This document shows positions 48,446-54,530 of a stretch of DNA of 54,530 bases, piece after piece (the stretch's first letter is position 1; every line of letters begins with the position of its first letter). Made by a program: the position numbers and the translations under genes. Source of the stretch: Acutalibacteraceae bacterium (lineage in GTDB: Bacteria; Bacillota; Clostridia; Oscillospirales; Acutalibacteraceae); NCBI GenBank assembly GCA_045656485.1, contig JAZORK010000080.1, positions 1 through 54,530 of the forward strand. Direction: 5' to 3'. Under the pieces are notes generated by a model. That model ran no database searches and was not told the DNA's origin. It saw nothing but the letters and a program-made list of their open reading frames with translations.

Positions 48446-49873
48446 CTATTTTAAAATAGCAACAGCATCGCCGATAGTCTTTTCTAAAGCCTCTCTGCCA
48501 TACTTATCTACCTCGGATTTGTTTTTCTCACCGTGGGTCAGGCAACCTGCACCACCGATACAACCTCCGACACAAGCCATACCTTCAATGAAGTTGGCAT
48601 CGAGCACATTTTTGCTCTTTTTAAGCAGTGCCATACGGCATTCTTCGATACCGTCGCAAGCCACAGCCTTTAAGTCAAAATCAATACTTTGTTCTTTAAG
48701 ACCCTGCGCAACAGCATCAGAAAGACCACCGCTGCGAGCAAAAATTCTGCCGAAATAAGAAGCGTTATCAAGCACATCTTCACTGAGAGTTGTAATATCA
48801 ATGTCCTTGCTATCATAGAGGGCTTGCAGTTCTTCAAAAGTCATAACCGCATCAACATACGGTTTTACACTTTCAAGCTGTGCTTCTGCCTTTTTAGCAG
48901 TACACGGACCTATAAATACAACCTTGGCAGTTTTATCGGTACTCTTGATATACTTTGCTAATGCTGCCATTGGTGAAAGGTTATGTGATACTAAAGGCAA
49001 TAAATCGGGAAAAGCCGATTTAATATACTGCACAAAAGCAGGACAGCAAGAACTCGTTAAAAATCCCTTTTCAGCAAGTTCCTTCGATTCGGATTGTGCC
49101 ACCATATCAGCACCGAGTGCCGCTTCAATAACGGTAAAGAAGCCAAGTTCCTTAAGACCGGTGATAACCTGACCTAACTTTGCATAGGTAAACTGACTTG
49201 AAATAGAAGGTGCTACAATTGCATATACCTTATACTTAGTATTATACTCGCTTTTTTTAATAAGGTCAATAACATTCAGTATATAAGACTTATCCATAAT
49301 AGCGCCAAAAGGACATTGATAAACGCAAGCACCGCACTGAATACATTTGTTGTTATCAATAGCAGCGGCATTATCATCATTGATTGAAATTGCCTTTACC
49401 TTGCAAGCAATTTGACATGGGCGCTTACGGTTGATAATTGCTGAATATGGGCAAACCTTTGCACACTGACCGCATTCTACACACTTTGATTTATCAATAT
49501 GTGCTACGTGGTTATGGTCAAATGAAATAGCCCCTCTTCTACAAACGTCTTCGCAACGGTGTGCTAAACAGCCGCGGCAAGAGTCAGTTACTTCATAACC
49601 GGCGGCAGGACATTCATCACAAGCAATATCAATAACCTCGATAACATTAGGGTTATCTGTATCGCCACCCATAGCAATCTTAACACGCTCGCCTAAAATC
49701 GCACGCTCTTTATAAACACAACAACGCATTGTGGAAGTTTTGCCAGGCACGATCATTTTGGGGATTTCAATAATATTTTGAAGGAGAGTATCATTCCAAG
49801 CCTCGCGTGCCACTTCACGCAATACCTTATATTTCAGGTGTTGTACTTTAGTATCAAATTTTCTTACTCCCAT
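48446..49873 (-). CDS. [FeFe]-hydrogenase (group B-like, with several N-terminal Fe-S cluster motifs)
   Basis: H-cluster motifs TSSCCPAF, GPCTAKKAEA and EGMACVGGCIGGAG, plus two CxxCxxCxxxCP ferredoxin motifs and additional Cys clusters. Confidence 0.85.
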   Translation of the reverse strand: MGVRKFDTKVQHLKYKVLREVAREAWNDTLLQNIIEIPKMIVPGKTSTMRCCVYKERAILGERVKIAMGGDTDNPNVIEVIDIACDECPAAGYEVTDSCRGCLAHRCEDVCRRGAISFDHNHVAHIDKSKCVECGQCAKVCPYSAIINRKRPCQIACKVKAISINDDNAAAIDNNKCIQCGACVYQCPFGAIMDKSYILNVIDLIKKSEYNTKYKVYAIVAPSISSQFTYAKLGQVITGLKELGFFTVIEAALGADMVAQSESKELAEKGFLTSSCCPAFVQYIKSAFPDLLPLVSHNLSPMAALAKYIKSTDKTAKVVFIGPCTAKKAEAQLESVKPYVDAVMTFEELQALYDSKDIDITTLSEDVLDNASYFGRIFARSGGLSDAVAQGLKEQSIDFDLKAVACDGIEECRMALLKKSKNVLDANFIEGMACVGGCIGGAGCLTHGEKNKSEVDKYGREALEKTIGDAVAILK

Positions 49874-49885
49874 ATCAATTTCTCC

Positions 49886-51058
49886 TTAAAAATAACTCAC
49901 TTTTATTTTCTTGCCCATTTTTTTGAGGCACTTAGACAGTTCCTCAACCAAATTCATTTTAATATTAAAGTTTATCGGCAAATCGGGGTTTTGATGAGCA
50001 GGATTTACCGCTCTGCCTACATAGAAATTAATGTCAGTCGCTTCCTCAAATAGCAAACGGCAGATAAGAGAAGCACCGTCATGCTTAAAGCTCCAATGCT
50101 CATAATGCTTGTTTTCACCAAGATAATCCCTTGCATATTCAAGCACTTTGTTTACGGTAATAACACCTTCGGTAACAAGATCTACACCTTCAATTTCGGC
50201 AATTGGGGGCACATCACTCATTTCAAAATTAAGGCTTGCTTTAAGAGGCTTGCGCAAAAATTTTGCCGCAATAGAAGATGTTGTTCCACCACAAATAATG
50301 TGTTTGCCTTCCTTTGAGAAGAAGAGCGACATCATACGGTCGGCATCGTCACGATTTGAAGGTGGCCCGAATAGCATATTCATCGGTTCTCTTTTTCTGA
50401 TACGAACAACGCAAGCAGTTGCATCATCACCTGGTTTCTGACCGTAAAGCTTATCGCATTCGTCTACAAGCATTGTAGATAATGTTTTGGCTGTATATCC
50501 TGCGTGAGAAAGTGCTTCCATAAAGCCGGCAATATCTTCACGCTTCCAACCGAAGTTATAAGCCGTGCCGATACCTGCATGAGGACAACCGTCACTCATA
50601 GCAACAAAAATATCATTCTCCTGCAATTTGATAACCGATTTGTAAATCTTTTTACCGCCGATATGCATTTCTGTTTTGGGGTAATCCCAAACCTTTTCAT
50701 CACGGATAACAATAGCATGAGGATTGTCGTATTGTATAAGCTCAGCTACCTGATTGTTTTTAAGATGGATAATAGTAAAGGTAGAGTACGCAACCCCACG
50801 AACCGAACAAACAGGTAATGTTGCAGCGATAGTTTCAACACATTCTTCAAGACTTAAACCCTCTGCCAACATTGTTGAAATGATTTTTGAGGTAAGGGTT
50901 GAAAGAATACTCGCTTTAACACCACTTCCAAGTCCGTCCGACAGCACAATAACTGTAGAATCATCACTAGGTTCCACAATGTCTACATGGTCGCCGCAAA
51001 GCTGCTCGCCGTAATGATTTATACTTTTGTATCCTATATCAGCACATAAATCATTCAT
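49886..51058 (-). CDS. PP2C/SpoIIE-family serine phosphatase with a ~150-aa C-terminal domain of unknown function
   Basis: The N-terminal half CGDHVDIV...LSDGLGSGVKASILS...MSDG is SpoIIE/PP2C-like. Its start overlaps the hydS stop by 8 nt. Confidence 0.85.
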   Translation of the reverse strand: MNDLCADIGYKSINHYGEQLCGDHVDIVEPSDDSTVIVLSDGLGSGVKASILSTLTSKIISTMLAEGLSLEECVETIAATLPVCSVRGVAYSTFTIIHLKNNQVAELIQYDNPHAIVIRDEKVWDYPKTEMHIGGKKIYKSVIKLQENDIFVAMSDGCPHAGIGTAYNFGWKREDIAGFMEALSHAGYTAKTLSTMLVDECDKLYGQKPGDDATACVVRIRKREPMNMLFGPPSNRDDADRMMSLFFSKEGKHIICGGTTSSIAAKFLRKPLKASLNFEMSDVPPIAEIEGVDLVTEGVITVNKVLEYARDYLGENKHYEHWSFKHDGASLICRLLFEEATDINFYVGRAVNPAHQNPDLPINFNIKMNLVEELSKCLKKMGKKIKVSYF

Positions 51059-52730
51059 CTTGGATAGACTCCTTTAATTTGGCGAGTGCAATTTTGGTTT
51101 CCGCTGCGGTTTCACCGAGGAGGGATGCGATTTCCTGAACGATACGCATCTGTTTGTCAACAACCTTATCGGCAACCTCTATGGTCTGTCGGCTTATATT
51201 TTCTTTCTTTTCACGCTCATTTTGCTCATCGGTAATATCACGCATAATAGCAATAAGAAGGTGTGAATCCTTATCATAAACTACCGACTGCTCAACAAAG
51301 CGTTTATATTCAGCGAGATACACTCGCTCATCACGTACATCACGGCCTGTTCTTAAAACATTCATAAAAACAGTAGGATCAAGAATACGGATAACCTGAT
51401 CGCCAAGAATATCATTAGCGGAACGGATATTCATAAGTTTTCTTGCGGCAGTATTGATTTGCTGAACCTCAAGATTTTCATTAAGCACAATAAGTCCATT
51501 TGGAGAATTGTTAACAATGGTATCGGAAAAGCTTTCAGCCTTATCCTTAAGGAAGGGCAGACACATGGAAATCTCCGCCTTGCCCTGACAAATAGCGATT
51601 GCTTTTTCACGGCAGGTATTATATCCGCAAGAACCACAATTAAGTTCCTGAGAAGGCTTAAATTTACCCATTTGACGAAGTATATTTTGGATTTCCATAT
51701 CTGAAGGCATTTGAGAGCGTTGTTCAATAAACTCAAAGCTCTTTTTAAGCTCAACAGCCTTAAACTGAGATACCTCAAAATCCTTTGTTCCTGCATATTC
51801 AGAAATAGCAATATAATCCTTAACAGCAGAAGAACGATGGTATTTTTCCATAACAGGACCGCCTACACAGCTACCAATACAAGCGGACATTTCGATAAAG
51901 CATTTATGAACCTTACCGTTTATAATATCTTTAATAGCAGCAATACAATTGTCAACACCATCAAGCGCAAGATAAGTATAGCCAGGTGTATTCTGCGCCA
52001 TTGTTTTAAGAACACCGCCGGTTGTCGGGAAGAAACGTGCACGTGAACAAACATCGTTGTCGACTTCCTGTTCTAATTCAATTTTTTCCGCATTCAACCA
52101 TTCTGTAAGTTCTTCAAAGGTAAGCACAGCATCCACAATGCCGTCGTAGTGCTCAGCTTCATCCTTTTTAGCAACGCAAGGGCCGATAAATACGGTCTTT
52201 GCATTGGGATATCTATTTTTAATATCCTTGCAATGCGCCTGCATTGGTGATACAACATCAGCCAAATATTCAAGCGCTGCAGGATAATGTTTCTGAATCA
52301 ATAGGTTAATAGAATGACAACAGGAAGAGATAATAACATCTCTTTCATCCTCTTGGAGCATTCTTTCATATTCTGTTTTAACAATAGTGGCTCCGATAGC
52401 GGTTTCCTCAACATCATAAAAGCCCAACTTCTTTAAAGCTCTGCGCATAGCGTTGATACCAACACCTTCATAGTTTGCAATAAAAGAAGGGGCTAGACTT
52501 ACAATTACAGGATCTCCGCTTTGAAGAAGAACCTTTACTTTTTCGGTTTCGTCAACAATCTCCTTAGCATTCTGAGGACATACAACGAAGCATTGGCCAC
52601 AGAGAATACATTCATTGCCAATAATATGTGCCTGGTTTCCCGAAAAGCGAATAGCTTTAACGGGACAATGGCGAATACATTTATAACAGTTTTTACAGTT
52701 TGATTTTTTAAGAGTCAAACAATTTGGCAT
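51051..52730 (-). CDS. hydS: Sensory-type [FeFe]-hydrogenase (HydS/HfsB-like, group C) with a C-terminal PAS domain
   Basis: N-terminal 2x CxxCxxCxxxCP. Variant H-cluster motifs SSCCHS, GPCVAKKDEAE and EMSACIGSCVGGP. An extra CGSCGYNTC...C cluster precedes a PAS-like region and a C-terminal coiled coil. Confidence 0.85.
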   Translation of the reverse strand: MPNCLTLKKSNCKNCYKCIRHCPVKAIRFSGNQAHIIGNECILCGQCFVVCPQNAKEIVDETEKVKVLLQSGDPVIVSLAPSFIANYEGVGINAMRRALKKLGFYDVEETAIGATIVKTEYERMLQEDERDVIISSCCHSINLLIQKHYPAALEYLADVVSPMQAHCKDIKNRYPNAKTVFIGPCVAKKDEAEHYDGIVDAVLTFEELTEWLNAEKIELEQEVDNDVCSRARFFPTTGGVLKTMAQNTPGYTYLALDGVDNCIAAIKDIINGKVHKCFIEMSACIGSCVGGPVMEKYHRSSAVKDYIAISEYAGTKDFEVSQFKAVELKKSFEFIEQRSQMPSDMEIQNILRQMGKFKPSQELNCGSCGYNTCREKAIAICQGKAEISMCLPFLKDKAESFSDTIVNNSPNGLIVLNENLEVQQINTAARKLMNIRSANDILGDQVIRILDPTVFMNVLRTGRDVRDERVYLAEYKRFVEQSVVYDKDSHLLIAIMRDITDEQNEREKKENISRQTIEVADKVVDKQMRIVQEIASLLGETAAETKIALAKLKESIQDE

Positions 52731-52736
52731 ATCCCG

Positions 52737-52991
52737 TTACTCCCTTTCGATTTTACTTAGCACATTATCTTGGAAAAATTCTTTAAAATTCTCCCTTGTA
52801 ATGCCGACATGAATGTCATCATCAACCTGTACCGTAACACCGACACGATTACACTTGCCGATACAAAAACTACCGGCAAGTGTAACTTGATTTTCAAGAT
52901 GATATTCATTAACGGCTTTTTGCAGAAGTTCTACAATTTCGGGCGAACCCTTAAGGTGACAAGAACTACCCACACAAACCTGAATAATCAT
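52737..52991 (-). CDS. Thioredoxin-like [2Fe-2S] ferredoxin (NuoE/HndA-like small protein)
   Basis: 84 aa with the Cys pattern CVGSSCHLKG ... FCIGKCNRVG. Confidence 0.8.
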   Translation of the reverse strand: MIIQVCVGSSCHLKGSPEIVELLQKAVNEYHLENQVTLAGSFCIGKCNRVGVTVQVDDDIHVGITRENFKEFFQDNVLSKIERE

Positions 52992-52996
52992 ATTAT

Positions 52997-53236
52997 TTAT
53001 ACCTTCGCTTTAATATTCTTTTCAAAAAAGTCTTGCACATCTTCAGGGGTTACGGAATGGAATGCGTCATCTACGGTAACACACACACCCTGCTGACATT
53101 TACCCATACAGAAAGTGCCGCCGAGTTCCACCTTATCACCGAGATTATTTTCAGCAATAAGGTACTGAAGCTGTTCTACTACCTGACGTGAACCTTTAAT
53201 ATGACATGAACTACCTATACAAACTGTAACTTTCAT
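52997..53236 (-). CDS. Thioredoxin-like [2Fe-2S] ferredoxin, tandem paralogue
   Basis: 79 aa with the Cys pattern CIGSSCHIKG ... FCMGKCQQG. Confidence 0.8.
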   Translation of the reverse strand: MKVTVCIGSSCHIKGSRQVVEQLQYLIAENNLGDKVELGGTFCMGKCQQGVCVTVDDAFHSVTPEDVQDFFEKNIKAKV

Positions 53237-53258
53237 TATGTTTTCCTCCCGATTATCC

Positions 53259-54008
53259 TTATTCGTAATCTACAACGTTTACCCAAGAGAGCAAGAATTC
53301 GCGCTCTTTTTCATTGCCCTTAACCGACTGAGAAGCGGCTACAATGGGCATCCACTTTTGAACGTACTGCTTTGCAGTATTACTTTTTTTGCAGAACAAA
53401 TCGAGATACTTTTTAGCACCGTCGATATTGCCATTCAACCAAAAGAGCAAGTAGGTACGAGCCGCATCAGCAGAAGCATTACCCTGTGTTGCGTGAGACC
53501 AGTCGATAATGTAAGGTGTACCGTCTTCGGTGATGATAATGTTTGAAGGGTTAAAGTCGCCGTGGCAAACCTTATTATGCTTAGGCATACCTTCAAGGCG
53601 AGTATGCAAATCATAACGGGTAGTAGCGTCAAGCTCTGTGGAAGCAATTTTAACACTCATTTTATCCTTAAGTTTGTTAAGTAACGGAGATTTCTTATCG
53701 TGAACTGAGAGCTGCAAGTCAACGAGCAATTCGATATATTCATCCTTTTTCTCAGCATTTTCTTCCATAAGCTGAGCTAATGTTTTGCCCTTGATATACT
53801 CAGATACGATTGCCCATTTACCGTCAACCATGGTAACTTCCAAAACTTTTGGAATATTAAGACCGGTTTCTTCGATTCTTGCTTGATTTAATGCTTCGTT
53901 CAAAACATCGGCTTTAGAATAATCAGCGTTAAAAACCTTAACGCATCTATCACCATCACGGTAGATAGTTTTATTATTTCTTACTGCGATAACTCTATCA
54001 AGTTTCAT
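53259..54008 (-). CDS. Small protein kinase-fold protein (APH/Bud32/eukaryotic-like Ser/Thr kinase type)
   Basis: 249 aa with a VKVF Lys, the catalytic loop CHGDFNPSNIII, and the metal-binding IIDWSHA. No sensor or TM domain. RBS AAGGAGG. Confidence 0.75.
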   Translation of the reverse strand: MKLDRVIAVRNNKTIYRDGDRCVKVFNADYSKADVLNEALNQARIEETGLNIPKVLEVTMVDGKWAIVSEYIKGKTLAQLMEENAEKKDEYIELLVDLQLSVHDKKSPLLNKLKDKMSVKIASTELDATTRYDLHTRLEGMPKHNKVCHGDFNPSNIIITEDGTPYIIDWSHATQGNASADAARTYLLFWLNGNIDGAKKYLDLFCKKSNTAKQYVQKWMPIVAASQSVKGNEKEREFLLSWVNVVDYE

Positions 54009-54022
54009 CTTTATTTCCTCCT

Positions 54023-54299
54023 TAGGGTGACAAGAGTTAAATTTGTCACGCCTGACAAATAATAATTTTATGTTTTTTCTTGCCTCATCATTTGTAATAC
54101 AATAGTATTACTGCATTCTTCGGCTTCGCCCTACCAAAAAATTATTGATTTGGCAGGTCGGAGAATTTCTCTCTGACACCTTTTTTGAAAGGCGCAGCGT
54201 GAAATTTATAGTAAGGCTATTTGCCTTACAAGAATGAACGCAAGAAAGGCGGAAAAGGTGTCGAGTGAAATCGTAACCGATTCAACTCTTGTCACCCTA
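54023..54299 (-). repeat. 277-bp unit bounded by perfect 16-bp terminal inverted repeats, highly structured as RNA (candidate cis-regulatory RNA or MITE)
   Basis: TAGGGTGACAAGAGTT (54023-54038) and AACTCTTGTCACCCTA (54284-54299). At least five internal helices are found by eye (see findings). Confidence 0.6.
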
Positions 54300-54530
54300 T
54301 GCCTTCTTACCCTTGCGGTAGGTAACTTTTACATCGTCAACCTTAGCGGTAGCCGCAACATCAGCTGCGGTGGGCTTCTTGGTTTCTACGAAGTGCTTGC
54401 CGTAGTAAGCATTGAGATACATTTGCTTAATTTCGCTCATAAGCGGATAACGGGGGTTAGCGCCTGTGCATTGGTCGTCAAATGCTTGTTCAACCATTTC
54501 ATCAATGTTTTCAAGGAATGCATTTTCATC
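54297..54530 (-). CDS. adhE: Bifunctional aldehyde/alcohol dehydrogenase AdhE, C-terminal end (5' part lies outside the window)
   Basis: AFDDQCTGANPRYPLMSEIKQMYLNAYYG matches the AdhE C-terminus (E. coli: AFDDQCTGANPRYPLISELKQ). The frame is open to the window edge. Confidence 0.9.
   Translation of the reverse strand, partial: DENAFLENIDEMVEQAFDDQCTGANPRYPLMSEIKQMYLNAYYGKHFVETKKPTAADVAATAKVDDVKVTYRKGKKA

Noticed and set aside
54042-54059. Palindrome TTTGTCA-CGCC-TGACAAA upstream of the kinase gene, considered as a Rex operator because adhE and hydrogenase genes are typical Rex targets.
   Set aside because: The half-sites and spacing differ from the Rex consensus as I recall it (TTGTGAA-N4-TTCACAA or TTGTTAA-N4-TTAACAA). 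The same hexamer is also part of the alternative RNA pairings of the IR-bounded element. I do not call it an operator, but a Rex EMSA would settle the question.

Overview
This window is a 54.5-kb chromosomal segment from a low-GC, anaerobic, spore-forming Firmicute. The class Clostridia, possibly the Ruminococcus/Oscillospiraceae group, is an inference from gene content only. Most of the window is tightly packed housekeeping DNA. It includes a GerA-type germinant receptor operon, lepA, and a near-complete pyrimidine operon (pyrC-carB-pyrK-pyrD-pyrF-pyrE-pyrB-pyrI) that has a leader attenuator but no carA or pyrR. It also holds SleC-like cortex-lytic genes, mrp/apbC, a CapA-family gene, murD, two M42 peptidases, ynbB, bioY and a pepD-OPT-PqqD-like cluster. 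Further along are an xpt-BMP-ABC nucleoside salvage operon, a PadR-DUF1700-DUF4097 module, an aldo/keto-reductase-ferredoxin fusion with DUF1893, and gltS. The most interesting part is the right-hand 9 kb, all on the minus strand. It reads adhE (3' end), then a 277-bp IR-bounded structured spacer, then a six-gene operon, then a terminator, then pyk-fucO. The six genes are a small protein kinase, two thioredoxin-like [2Fe-2S] ferredoxins, a PAS-containing sensory-type [FeFe]-hydrogenase (HydS-like), a PP2C/SpoIIE phosphatase and a second [FeFe]-hydrogenase. Two otherwise intact genes carry single in-frame stop codons at conserved positions. One is a TGA exactly at the fourth Cys of a CxxCxxCxxxCP motif, so it is either a selenocysteine candidate or a nonsense mutation. 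The other is a TAA in the BMP lipoprotein gene, which I call a pseudogene. I saw no rRNA genes, tRNA genes, CRISPR arrays, transposases or phage genes.
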